A DNA stretch of 64,000 nt, taken from contig JAENYX010000003.1 of assembly GCA_016841565.1 (NCBI GenBank), positions 14,030-78,029 of the forward strand, in the 5' to 3' direction. The position numbers were made by a program, and so were the translations under genes. The notes below the pieces were generated by a model. That model saw only the letters and a list, made by a program, of their open reading frames with translations. It searched no databases and had not been told where the DNA came from. Position 1 is the first letter of the stretch. Every line of letters begins with the position of its first letter. Shown piece by piece: positions 20,783 through 30,342 of this stretch. The DNA is from Clostridium thermobutyricum. GTDB lineage: Bacteria > Bacillota > Clostridia > Ch29.

Positions 20783-20816
20783 TGCATACAAGGTGCATAC
20801 ATATTGTATACAATAT
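20783..20816. promoter_or_regulatory. candidate FadR-type operator: two direct TGCATACA copies plus the 16-bp perfect palindrome ATATTGTATACAATAT, just upstream of the regulator start; a TATAAT box at 20762-20767
   Basis: The palindrome at 20801-20816 fits the GntR/FadR-type TnGT-N-ACnA operator logic and overlaps the regulator's own 5' region, which suggests autoregulation. Confidence 0.5.
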
Positions 20817-20835
20817 ATTTGGAGGAAGTGTTGAA

Positions 20836-21486
20836 ATGCCTGTAAAAGCTACGTTATCCGAGAAGGTTTACCAAAAGCTTAAAGGAGATATTATTAAAGG
20901 GAAATATGAGCAGGGAAGAGAGCTTACCGAAGTTTTTCTGGCCGATTTATACAACGTCAGCAGAACGCCTGTGAGAGAAGCTTTAAGAAGACTAGAGAAA
21001 GAAACAATCGTAAGGATAATACCTCACAAGGGAGCGCTGGTGGTGAAGCCTTCCATCAAAGACACAATTGAGATAAACGACTTAAGAGAGGTTCTTGAAG
21101 GTTTGGCGGCAAGGCTGGCTGCCAGGTGGGCGGTAGTAGAAGAGTTTGAAATGCTCAGGTCCAGGTTCCCTGACAAAGCCGGCAAACTGAGTGAAGACCA
21201 GTATATGGAAACATATAATTTGGGGATAAAGCTGCATGACCTGATTCTAAAACATTCGAGGAATGGCAGATTGAAAGTCATGATTAATAATATTCAGAAT
21301 CAGGTTGGCATCATAATGCAGATAAATGCCGATATACCTGGAAGATACGATGAGGCTTACAAGGAGCACCTGGAAGTTCTTGATGCCATAATTCGCCGGG
21401 ATGAGGAGCATGCGGAAAGAGCAATGAGAAAACACATAAAGAATGTCTCTCATAGTATGGTTGAGTACTATGGCGGCGGGTTCTAA
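20836..21486 (+). CDS. GntR-family transcriptional regulator (FadR/FCD subfamily)
   Basis: N-terminal winged HTH (LYNVSRTPVREALRRLEKE) and a C-terminal all-helical FCD-like domain. ATG 20836 is preceded by GGAGGAAG. Confidence 0.8.
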   Translation: MPVKATLSEKVYQKLKGDIIKGKYEQGRELTEVFLADLYNVSRTPVREALRRLEKETIVRIIPHKGALVVKPSIKDTIEINDLREVLEGLAARLAARWAVVEEFEMLRSRFPDKAGKLSEDQYMETYNLGIKLHDLILKHSRNGRLKVMINNIQNQVGIIMQINADIPGRYDEAYKEHLEVLDAIIRRDEEHAERAMRKHIKNVSHSMVEYYGGGF

Positions 21487-21579
21487 AAATTTTATCCGCA
21501 TACTTTAGCAATTTAAAGAGCAGATGAGTACCGGCCGTATTATACATTGAGTTTATCTGAATCAGAAAGGGTGGTAATC

Positions 21580-22767
21580 ATGGACAGGGAAGGGTTTTGG
21601 CTTAGCAACTACAATGAAATGGAAGAAGTAAAAAATGATTTAAAGAAGATGAAGAAAAGAATTAAAATTTACGACACTACCTTGCGGGATGGAGAGCAAA
21701 GTGTAGGCGTAAGCTTGGATGCAGAAGAAAAGCTTACGATTGCAAAAGAATTGGCCGGCGCCGGCGTAGACAGAATCGAAGCCGGATTCCCCGCCAGTAA
21801 CCAGGAAGACAAAATCGCCATGGCAAATATTGTTGCTCAGGTTACCGGCTCGGAAATATGGGGATTTGGACGCTGTAATGTAAATGATGTCAAGATCAAC
21901 ATCGAAACCGGAATAAAGCATATGGTATGTGAGATTTTAACCAGTCCTCAAAAAATGAAAGCCTGGGATCTGACTGAGGATGTTGTGCTTAAGAGGGTAA
22001 GGGATGCAATAAGCTATGCAAAGCAGGAAAACATTTATACAGCCTTCTTTGCCGTTGATGCAACCAGGTCAAACCCCGAATTTCTAAAAAAGGTCTACCA
22101 GACCGCAGTAAAGGAGTGCGGGGCGGATGAGATTGTTGTAGTAGATACACTGGGCGTAGCTTCGCCGGAGGCTATGGGGTATATGACAAAGCTTGTCAAG
22201 TCATGGGTCGATGTTCCCGTTGCTGTACACTGCCATAATGACTTCGGCCTTTCACTGGCCTGCACATTGGCCGCCCTGAAGGAAGGCGCCGATTCGGCGC
22301 ATGTAACGGTAAACGGCCTGGGAGAAAAGACAGGGAATACCGATTTGGCCGAGCTGGCAATTGCATTGAACGGTCTCTATGGGATTGAAACAAATATCAA
22401 GCTGGACAAGCTACTGGGGCTGAGCAAGCTGGTGGAAAAATTCAGCAAGATACCCGTATCTCCAATGCGTCCGGTTGTGGGCGACAAAGTATTTACCCGT
22501 GAAAGCGGTTTGGTAATTGCACAAATGCTGGCTTACCCGCCGTCTGTGGAAGGCTATGCACCGGAGGTTGTAGGACGCAAAAGGGAAGTTGCACTGGGTA
22601 AGAAGAGCGGAAAAAAATCCATCGAGTATGCCCTGGAACAGCTGAAAATGGAAGTACCTGAGGAAAAGATAGATTTGCTTCTTGACAGGGTTAAAACAGC
22701 GGGCATTAACCAAAAGGGACAGGTAAGCATGGAAGAGTTCAAAGAAATTGTATTACAGAATAAATAA
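21580..22767 (+). CDS. HMGL-like / 2-isopropylmalate synthase-homocitrate synthase family (DRE-TIM metallolyase) enzyme lacking the LeuA regulatory domain
   Basis: Signature IYDTTLRDGEQSVGV and HCHNDFGL metal-binding motifs. About 395 aa, with no C-terminal LeuA-dimer domain. ATG 21580 follows AAGGGTGGT. Confidence 0.75.
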   Translation: MDREGFWLSNYNEMEEVKNDLKKMKKRIKIYDTTLRDGEQSVGVSLDAEEKLTIAKELAGAGVDRIEAGFPASNQEDKIAMANIVAQVTGSEIWGFGRCNVNDVKINIETGIKHMVCEILTSPQKMKAWDLTEDVVLKRVRDAISYAKQENIYTAFFAVDATRSNPEFLKKVYQTAVKECGADEIVVVDTLGVASPEAMGYMTKLVKSWVDVPVAVHCHNDFGLSLACTLAALKEGADSAHVTVNGLGEKTGNTDLAELAIALNGLYGIETNIKLDKLLGLSKLVEKFSKIPVSPMRPVVGDKVFTRESGLVIAQMLAYPPSVEGYAPEVVGRKREVALGKKSGKKSIEYALEQLKMEVPEEKIDLLLDRVKTAGINQKGQVSMEEFKEIVLQNK

Positions 22768-22791
22768 CCTTAGTACAATCCGTTTAAAAAT

Positions 22792-22812
22792 CAATAATGA
22801 TAATCCAATTAT
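22792..22812. promoter_or_regulatory. palindrome AATGATAAT-cca-ATTATCATT upstream of tctC
   Basis: 9-bp perfect arms, 35 bp before the tctC start. Candidate operator. Confidence 0.35.
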
Positions 22813-22845
22813 CATTTTGATTATAAAAAAAAGGAGGTTTAAATC

Positions 22846-23823
22846 ATGAAAAAAGCCCTATCCTTAATGCTGGTAGTGGTTATGGCAGCGGCAATGCTGG
22901 TAGGTTGTTCGAGTGGTGGCAAGGAAGAAGCCCAATATCCAACAGAAACCATAACACTCTTGGTTCCTTTCTCAGCCGGAGGAGGAGCCGACCTGATGGC
23001 AAGAGCTTTGCAGCCTGCTCTGCAGGAAGCTTTAGGTGTATCAGTAGTTGTAGAAAACAAGACCGGAGCCAATGGCGGTATAGCAATGGCAGAATTGGCA
23101 AAGGCGAAGGCAGATGGATACACAATAATCCTTACTTCAACAGGTCCTTCAACAATCGGCCCGAATATTTCCGACATGGGTTACACCAATGAAAGCTTCG
23201 CACCAATCGCACAGTTAACCGACCTTCCGACCGGTTTGGCCGTACATAAGAGTAGCGGCATTACAAACCTGGATGAATTCTTCGCAGCAGCTGAGAAGAA
23301 GAGCGGTGCAATGACCTATGGTTCATCAGGCGCCGGGTCCACTCATAACCTTGCAGTTGAAGGCTTACTGCTTAGTATGGACAAAGTGGGACTGCTTACC
23401 CACGTATCCTTCGAAGGCGGTTCTCAGGCGGTTACTGCTCTGCTTGGGCAACAGGCGGATGCTTCGGCCAATATCCTGACAGAGCTCCTGCCATATGCCG
23501 AAACCGACTTCAACATTATCGGAATTGCATCGGGAGAAAGGTCATCAATCGACCCGGATATACCGACTTTCAAAGAGCAGGGATATGATACCGAACAATC
23601 CACATGGTACGGAATAGCAGCTCCTGCCGGAACTCCGGAAGAGGTTATCGCTTTGCTTGATACTACTATCAAGAATGCGCTTGAAGATCCTGAAATGATA
23701 GAAACCTTCGAAGTCAACCTGAAGACTCCAATACAGTATATGGATCATACTGCATTTGCGCAGAAATGGAATAATGCATACGAAAACAATGCAGAACTGG
23801 TGGAAGTACTTGGATTGAAATAG
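22846..23823 (+). CDS. tctC: tripartite tricarboxylate transporter substrate-binding protein (TctC/Bug family), lipoprotein
   Basis: Lipobox LVGCSSG and the Bug-family fold, followed by tctB and tctA. Confidence 0.8.
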   Translation: MKKALSLMLVVVMAAAMLVGCSSGGKEEAQYPTETITLLVPFSAGGGADLMARALQPALQEALGVSVVVENKTGANGGIAMAELAKAKADGYTIILTSTGPSTIGPNISDMGYTNESFAPIAQLTDLPTGLAVHKSSGITNLDEFFAAAEKKSGAMTYGSSGAGSTHNLAVEGLLLSMDKVGLLTHVSFEGGSQAVTALLGQQADASANILTELLPYAETDFNIIGIASGERSSIDPDIPTFKEQGYDTEQSTWYGIAAPAGTPEEVIALLDTTIKNALEDPEMIETFEVNLKTPIQYMDHTAFAQKWNNAYENNAELVEVLGLK

Positions 23824-23883
23824 CTGAATATTCCTATTGAAGGCCATACGGCCTTCAATAGGCCTTTATAAGGAGGTGACAGA

Positions 23884-24327
23884 ATGAAGAGTATAGGCGT
23901 TAACAGCATAATCGGTATTATCTTTATAGTTTTCAGCCTTTTCTGGAATACATTGATTGACAAACTACCCCAGGGTACAAAGCTGGCAGCCTATGGGCCA
24001 GGATTCTTTCCCAGGTTGGTTGCAGGGGGAATCATTGTCGTTTCAGTTTTATTGGTTATACAGGATTTGGTTAATAAGAATAAAAAGATCAAGTTCGAAT
24101 ATGAAAAAACCGATATCCTGAAAGTTATCGGCCTGATAGCAGTGATAATAGTATATCTTCTGGTCATGCCGACTTTTGGGTATGTAATCTCTACAATAGC
24201 CGCACTTGGTATCACACTGTGGTTATTTGGATTAAGAGATATAAAGACTTTCATTCTGGTATCCGTACTTTTTCCGATACTGTCAAACATACTGTTCCAG
24301 ACGGTATTGAAAGTAGGATTACCTTAA
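23884..24327 (+). CDS. tctB: tripartite tricarboxylate transporter small membrane subunit TctB
   Basis: 147 aa with 4 TM helices, located between tctC and tctA. Confidence 0.6.
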   Translation: MKSIGVNSIIGIIFIVFSLFWNTLIDKLPQGTKLAAYGPGFFPRLVAGGIIVVSVLLVIQDLVNKNKKIKFEYEKTDILKVIGLIAVIIVYLLVMPTFGYVISTIAALGITLWLFGLRDIKTFILVSVLFPILSNILFQTVLKVGLP

Positions 24328-24343
24328 ACAGGGAGGTGTTAAT

Positions 24344-25837
24344 ATGGGCTTGGTATTTGAGTATCTGACAATTACAAATATTCTTTTAAGTGCCATGGGT
24401 GCAATTGTTGGAATTGTATTTGGAGCAATCCCCGGGCTTACTGCAACTATGGGTGTTGCACTATTCCTTCCATTTACATTCAACCTTGATATTGTTCCTT
24501 CAATGGCGCTTTTGCTTGGAATATACGTTGGCGGTATTTATGGCGGGTCAATATCTGCAGTTCTTATAAAAACTCCGGGTACACCTTCTTCGGCGGCAAC
24601 GGTACTGGATGGTTACCCTCTGAATGAGAAAGGAAAAGCGTTTGATGCACTTTCTATGGCAACGGTTGCATCTTTCATAGCGGGAATCATCAGTTCAATT
24701 CTGCTTATACTGATATCTCCGCAGCTGGCCAAGCTTGCATTGAAGTTCGGGCCTGCAGAATACTTTGCGGTAGGACTGTTCGGGCTTAGTATGGTTGCCA
24801 GCTTATCGGCCAACAACTTCCTTAAAGGGATTCTTGCCGCACTTACAGGAGTATTGCTTTCATCCATTGGAATTGACGCCATAACTGGAACAATGAGGTT
24901 CACCTTTGGCAGTGTCAATATGGCAGGGGGACTGGACCTTATATCCTCTCTTATAGGACTCTTTGCAGTATCCCAGGTATTGGAAAAACTGGAGGGCATG
25001 ACAAAGGAAAGAGCCTTGGGGAACATAAAGAAGGTAACCGGCAAATTTGTAAGATTTGCTACTTTAAAGGAAAATGCGTTTAACATCCTGAGATCATCCA
25101 TAATTGGAACCTTTGTAGGTATAGTGCCTGCCACCGGTTCATCCATAGGGTCCTGGTTAAGCTACAATGAGGCAAAAAGGGTCTCCAAGCATCCAGAAGA
25201 ATTCGGACAGGGATCATTTGAGGGTATTGCTGCCTCCGAGGCCGGAAACAACGGGGTAACGGGAGGAGCATTGGTACCCTTGCTGACACTTGGAGTGCCG
25301 GGCGATGTCGTAACGGCAATTATGCTGGGAGCGCTTATGATACAGGGCCTGACCCCCGGACCCATGCTGTTCAAGGATCATCCTGACGTTGTTACAAGTA
25401 TCTATGTCATGCTTATTCTTGGCAATATATTCATGCTTCTGTGGGGATTGCTGGGAATCAACGTATTCGTAAAAGTACTGAAGGTACCTACAAACATACT
25501 GATGCCGTTGGTTCTGATGCTTTGCTTTGTAGGAGCATACGCAATAAACAACAATATATTTGACCTGAAGGTTGCGTTGGTATTGGGGATTATAGGGTAC
25601 CTGTTCAATAAGGTGGGTATTCCCACACCTCCCATGCTTCTTGGAATAATCCTGGGGCCCATTATCGAATTCAACTTCAGAAGGGCAATGACAATATCGC
25701 AAAACGACCTCTCAACGTTTATAACCAGGCCTATAAGCCTGACATTCTTATTAATCTCGATATTCTCTTTCGCATGGCCTGAGGTTTCTGCCTATATAAA
25801 AAATAAAAGGAAAATGAGAGGAAGTATTCAACAATGA
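24344..25837 (+). CDS. tctA: tripartite tricarboxylate transporter large permease TctA
   Basis: 497 aa polytopic permease with the internal duplicated motif typical of TctA. Confidence 0.85.
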   Translation: MGLVFEYLTITNILLSAMGAIVGIVFGAIPGLTATMGVALFLPFTFNLDIVPSMALLLGIYVGGIYGGSISAVLIKTPGTPSSAATVLDGYPLNEKGKAFDALSMATVASFIAGIISSILLILISPQLAKLALKFGPAEYFAVGLFGLSMVASLSANNFLKGILAALTGVLLSSIGIDAITGTMRFTFGSVNMAGGLDLISSLIGLFAVSQVLEKLEGMTKERALGNIKKVTGKFVRFATLKENAFNILRSSIIGTFVGIVPATGSSIGSWLSYNEAKRVSKHPEEFGQGSFEGIAASEAGNNGVTGGALVPLLTLGVPGDVVTAIMLGALMIQGLTPGPMLFKDHPDVVTSIYVMLILGNIFMLLWGLLGINVFVKVLKVPTNILMPLVLMLCFVGAYAINNNIFDLKVALVLGIIGYLFNKVGIPTPPMLLGIILGPIIEFNFRRAMTISQNDLSTFITRPISLTFLLISIFSFAWPEVSAYIKNKRKMRGSIQQ

Positions 25838-26748
25838 CAAATATAATAGTCACTACTCCTTCATTCTGCAAATATGTAAAGGAACCCGGTGCCCGGTTGA
25901 ATGAGAATCAGATAGGAATTATATACGATTACGGATTAAAGGAATTTGAGGGCTTTGAGTATGAAAAGAAAGAGTCCATAGAGGCAATCATCGTGGGTCT
26001 GGAAAAAATAGACAAGGCTGTGCTCGACCACCTGCCCAATGTAAAAGTGATAGTAAAGCACGGGGCCGGGATAGACAACATAGACCTGGAGCTTGCAAAG
26101 CAAAAGAGTATCAATGTATACAACGTACCCGGAGCAAACAGGGAATCAGTAGCCGACGCAGCTTTTGCGTTGATGCTGAATATCTCAAGGATGGTTTGCC
26201 TGGCCGATAAATCGGTCAGAGAGGGGAAATGGATAAGATACTACGGAGTCGAGCTTGGAGGAAAAACGCTGTCCATTATAGGCTTTGGAGCCATTGGTAA
26301 ATCGGTTGCCAGAAGAGCAATGGGATTTGGGATGAAGATTCTTGCCTATGATGTCTATCCAAGCGAGATGGAAGGGGTTGAACTGGTGGATTTGGATTAT
26401 GCAATTGAGAACGGCGATTATATCTCACTGCATACTCCGCTGCTGGATTCTACCTACCATATGATAAACAGCGAAAAAATAGGTAAAATGAAGAGCAATG
26501 CCTTTGTGATCAATACTGCCAGGGGCGGATTGATTGACGAGGAAGCGTTGATAGAAGCCCTCAAAAATAAGAAAATTGCCGGGGCAGCCATTGATGTCCA
26601 TGAGAATGAACCAAATGTAAACCCTGGTTTTTTTGATCTAGACAATGTTGTTGTAACACCGCATCTTGCCGGTTTTACCCAGGAAGCTGCAAACAAAATC
26701 TCCTATGCATGCGCGGATTATATAATTAAGGACCTGAAAAAACAATAA
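25834..26748 (+). CDS. D-isomer-specific 2-hydroxyacid dehydrogenase (glyoxylate/hydroxypyruvate reductase or PGDH-like)
   Basis: NAD-binding motif GFGAIGKSVARRA and the catalytic R/E/H triad region (...TARGGLIDE...TPHLAG). It overlaps the tctA stop by 4 nt. Confidence 0.85.
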   Translation: MTNIIVTTPSFCKYVKEPGARLNENQIGIIYDYGLKEFEGFEYEKKESIEAIIVGLEKIDKAVLDHLPNVKVIVKHGAGIDNIDLELAKQKSINVYNVPGANRESVADAAFALMLNISRMVCLADKSVREGKWIRYYGVELGGKTLSIIGFGAIGKSVARRAMGFGMKILAYDVYPSEMEGVELVDLDYAIENGDYISLHTPLLDSTYHMINSEKIGKMKSNAFVINTARGGLIDEEALIEALKNKKIAGAAIDVHENEPNVNPGFFDLDNVVVTPHLAGFTQEAANKISYACADYIIKDLKKQ

Positions 26749-26764
26749 AGGTGATGACACTTAA

Positions 26765-27844
26765 ATGATTATAATGAAAGAGGAACAGGAACAGTTCATG
26801 CAAGAGATGTTCATGAAGGTAGGAGTATCCAGTGAGGATGCCCGGATAACCGCCCAGTCTCTGACACTGGCAGACTTGAGAGGAGTTAACTCACATGGAA
26901 TCCTGAGGCTCCCTATATATGTCCAAAGACTTAAAAGAGGCCTTATGGCAAACAAACCTGATATCAGGATAGAGAAGGAAGACATGACAACCGCTGTTAT
27001 GGATGGCGGTAATTATATTGCACAGGTTACAGGCAGAATTGCCATGAGAAAGGCCATCGAAAAGGCATCCGAGAATACGCTTGGTATGGTTCTTGTAAAG
27101 AACTCAAATCATTTTGGAGCTGCAGCCGAGTATTCAATTATGGCGGCTAAAGAGGGCATGATCGGCATAGCGGCAAGCAATACGGTGCCTCTGATGCCGC
27201 CGCCCGGAGGAAAGGATAAGGTGGTGGGGAACAACCCGCTTGCAGTATCTTTCCCCGGTGGCAGGTACGGCATTGTATCGGTTGATATGGCAATGAGCAG
27301 TGTTGCCCAAGGCAAAATAAGGAATGCCGAATTGAACAACAGGGAAGTCCCTTTGGGCTGGGGAATTGACAAGGAAGGAAAGGACACCACCAATCCCAGG
27401 GATATATTGGATGGAGGATTTTTGCTGCCAACGGGAGGGCCAAAGGGATATGGCCTTGCCATAGCCATTGAAATTCTTGCGGCAGCACTGAGCAACTCTC
27501 CTGTCAGCAAGGAGGTCAAATCTATTTACCAACTTGAGGAGAAGCTTGGCATAAGCCATATGTTCCTGGTTATAAACGCCAAAGCATTGATAGACCAGCA
27601 GGATTACAACAACAGGGTGGAGACACTTCTTGATATAATTAAAAACTGTCCTGCCGCATACGGGATAGAGGAGATATATTTCCCGGGTGAAATTGAGGAC
27701 AATATTATGAAGGACAGGCTGGCCAACGGTATGGTAATAACCCGGGAAATGGAGCTGGAACTGGACAAGCTGGCGGATGAGCTGAATGTCAAACGCATAA
27801 AGAGCTTTCTCAAAAACCGACAATTGAGGGAGGGTCTTGTATGA
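26765..27844 (+). CDS. Ldh2/MDH2-family oxidoreductase (malate / L-sulfolactate / ureidoglycolate dehydrogenase-like)
   Basis: Family motifs SHGILRLP and NHFGAAA...GNNP. Confidence 0.75.
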   Translation: MIIMKEEQEQFMQEMFMKVGVSSEDARITAQSLTLADLRGVNSHGILRLPIYVQRLKRGLMANKPDIRIEKEDMTTAVMDGGNYIAQVTGRIAMRKAIEKASENTLGMVLVKNSNHFGAAAEYSIMAAKEGMIGIAASNTVPLMPPPGGKDKVVGNNPLAVSFPGGRYGIVSVDMAMSSVAQGKIRNAELNNREVPLGWGIDKEGKDTTNPRDILDGGFLLPTGGPKGYGLAIAIEILAAALSNSPVSKEVKSIYQLEEKLGISHMFLVINAKALIDQQDYNNRVETLLDIIKNCPAAYGIEEIYFPGEIEDNIMKDRLANGMVITREMELELDKLADELNVKRIKSFLKNRQLREGLV

Positions 27845-28389
27845 TAAAGGAGTTTGAAGGAATTCTCCCCGACCTGGATGAAAAAACGTATATAGCCGAA
27901 GGAGGACAGGTGGTAGGTGCCGTGAAAATGAAGGAGTTCAGCAGCATATGGCACAATACCGTTGTCAGAGGCGACGTAAACAGGATTGAGATAGGAAGGT
28001 ATAGTAATATTCAGGATAACAGCGTGGTTCACGTTGCGGATGATAATCCTACCATAGTAGGGGATTATGTGACTGTAGGCCATGGGGCGGTATTGCATGG
28101 CTGTGTAGTGGAAGGGCATTGCCTGATAGGTATGGGAGCCGTTGTGCTTAACGGAGCTGTGATTGGCAAGGGAAGCATAGTTGCGGCAGGAGCGGTGGTA
28201 AGAGAAGGACTAGTAGTACCTCCGTATTCATTGGTTGCAGGAGTGCCGGCCAAGGTTGTAAAGACTTTGCCGGAAAAGCTGGACAATATTCATGCCCAGG
28301 CCGTAAAGTATAAAACCCTTTGGACTAAAAGATATAAGGTAATGCCTGACTGCGGAGGAGAGGTATACGGCGGGGAAAAGATAGTCTGA
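27841..28389 (+). CDS. gamma-carbonic-anhydrase / hexapeptide-repeat family protein (PaaY/CaiE-like)
   Basis: Left-handed beta-helix hexapeptide repeats and a His triad region (HVADDNPTIVGDYVTVGHGAVLHGC). Confidence 0.75.
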   Translation: MIKEFEGILPDLDEKTYIAEGGQVVGAVKMKEFSSIWHNTVVRGDVNRIEIGRYSNIQDNSVVHVADDNPTIVGDYVTVGHGAVLHGCVVEGHCLIGMGAVVLNGAVIGKGSIVAAGAVVREGLVVPPYSLVAGVPAKVVKTLPEKLDNIHAQAVKYKTLWTKRYKVMPDCGGEVYGGEKIV

Positions 28390-28454
28390 TTTCAGCCGCA
28401 GGGTATAATGCTCATGGATTTGGACTATATATGCTGATAAAGTGAGGCGATGGT

Positions 28455-29225
28455 ATGAAGCTTAAGGAAAAGGTATCCATAATAACAGGGGCAGGCGGAG
28501 GTCTCGGGCTTGTATTTTGCAGGAGTTTCCTTCGGGAGGGCGCCATTGTTATCATGACGGATGTATCTGAGGATTACCTGAGCAATGGAGCTTCTGAGCT
28601 TGGAGAGTATAAAGACAGGATTCGCACAAAAATACTTGATGTAACCGACAGGGACCAGGTGCAAAGGGTAATGAAGGAAGTATATGATGAGTATGGACGT
28701 ATCGATGTGCTGGTAAATAATGCAGGCGGCGGATTACACGCTCCCAAGGAACTGGACAGTATAAAGGAGGAGCATTGGAATCTTGTTGTGGATGTAAATC
28801 TGAAGGGCACATTCCTATGCTGCCAGGCTGCAATAGAATATATGAAAAAAAACAAATCGGGCAGGATAATAAATATGTCTTCGATAGGCGGAAAGACGGC
28901 GAGTATAGTTTCAAATGTTGCATATGCCGCAGCAAAAGGCGGGATAAACTCAATGACCAGAAGACTTGCCCTGGAAGCGGGGGCCTGGGGCATCAATGTT
29001 AACGCTATTGCACCGGGAACGGTTTTAAGCGGTCAAAGAATGATTGATGTATGGAATGAGTTGGATGAATACCAGAAGAAGACAATCCTGGATGCCATAC
29101 CCCTGGGAAGGCTGTCCACAGCCCAGGAGCAGGCAGATGTAATAGTGTTCCTGGCCGAAGAGGCATCACGGTATATAACAGGAGCAATTATAGATGTAAA
29201 CGGCGGAAGGTTTATGGCCGGATAA
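28455..29225 (+). CDS. SDR-family oxidoreductase
   Basis: TGAGGGLG cofactor motif, NNAG, and the S...YxxxK catalytic triad (SSIGG...YAAAKGG). Confidence 0.85.
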   Translation: MKLKEKVSIITGAGGGLGLVFCRSFLREGAIVIMTDVSEDYLSNGASELGEYKDRIRTKILDVTDRDQVQRVMKEVYDEYGRIDVLVNNAGGGLHAPKELDSIKEEHWNLVVDVNLKGTFLCCQAAIEYMKKNKSGRIINMSSIGGKTASIVSNVAYAAAKGGINSMTRRLALEAGAWGINVNAIAPGTVLSGQRMIDVWNELDEYQKKTILDAIPLGRLSTAQEQADVIVFLAEEASRYITGAIIDVNGGRFMAG

Positions 29226-29600
29226 ATAAAAAGTTTTTTTGAAATGCAGCCCCTTTGGCTGCCATTATACTGCCGGATCTGCCCTTTTGGATGCAACACC
29301 CGGGTGCGGATTTGGCAGTTTTTTGCTGTCCATTTTCCGAGTCGGCAAGTGTAACCTCTCATAATACCGGGATACCGCTTGTACGAATACCGGCTCCGGC
29401 CCTTCTGTATTTACCTGGCAATGTAGAAAAGGAAGGCCGTTAAAAAGAAGCAAAGTGCAAGCTTAGCCATGCCTTGGTTGAAAAAAAGAGTGAATCTGGA
29501 AGAATGTGCACTGATACAGGAGAATTACCGGGAGCCCGGATTATAGGCTTACTGTCTGAAAAAAACACGTCAAAGGACGTATTTTTTTCAGCAATAAAAG

Positions 29601-29718
29601 CTGCCTCCGGTTAAAACCGGGGGCATAAGCATCAAGCAGGGTGAAAGCTTGGCGGAAAATCTTAAGGATCAAATGATATAAGGGTAATATGGTGTATCCG
29701 GCGGGGGAGACGGGGCTT
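29601..29718 (-). pseudogene. 3'-terminal remnant of a DUF2935 paralog: 19 residual codons (SGKAPSPPPDTPYYPYISFDP*) plus its hairpin terminator
   Basis: About 120 nt similar to 16925-17045. The minus-strand translation matches the C-terminus ISGKAPAPPPNTPYYPYII* of the intact DUF2935 gene. No upstream coding sequence remains. Confidence 0.5.
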
Positions 29719-29817
29719 TGCCGGATACACAAAGGAGGGTACGCCGGCCGGTGTACCCTCCCCTGGTATCATAGAAACAATACTACGCTTGCAAGCTGCA
29801 GGCTAAGCTCTGCTTAA

Positions 29818-29922
29818 TTACTTACAACCCGAAGCTCCGGCTGCAAAGAAGATAATGATAATAACCAGGAGCAAAAACAATACATCGTCACCGCAGCCAA
29901 AGAAATCTCCCAACCCGGACAC
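29818..29922 (-). CDS. small hydrophobic peptide (34 aa, MSGLGDFFGCGDDVLFLLLVIIIIFFAAGASGCK), resembles YjcZ-like sporulation peptides
   Basis: GTG start preceded by a GGAGGTG RBS at 7-nt spacing. Gly-rich N-terminus and a single hydrophobic helix. Below the 60-aa cutoff of the ORF track. Confidence 0.3.
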   Translation of the reverse strand: MSGLGDFFGCGDDVLFLLLVIIIIFFAAGASGCK

Positions 29923-30342
29923 TCGGTCCACCTCCTATACAAGCCATTGTTTTGGCAAGAAGTATATTGCAGAAAAAACCATTCATAGTCATTTTTCTAA
30001 TATTAAGATATTAAAGGCGCGAGGTTTTGGTTAATACAATTTTTTGATGTTTATGATTAAGCAGGTGGTGGGGAGAAAGGAGCAGCCGCCGTTAGGACGT
30101 AGTCATTTACTTATCGGAACGGTCATGGCATATCTGTCTGTTTTGGACGGATTTATGGGTTATTATAATGGATTTATGCTGTTTTTCCATTTTTATATCC
30201 GGAATTGCATTAATTTGTTGGAAAATATTAGGAGGAAACCCCCGGGGAATAGCAAATTTATTCAATATTATATTTAATAATACATACCTGATGTCTGGCA
30301 TACAGCTGATATGTAATAACAAAAAAACGGGGAGGGAGTTTA

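Noticed and set aside
30282-30300. TGGCAT-acagc-TGATA as a sigma-54 promoter for the second TAXI operon
   Set aside because: The -12 GC dinucleotide is absent or shifted by one position; the sequence there is TGAT, not TTGC.
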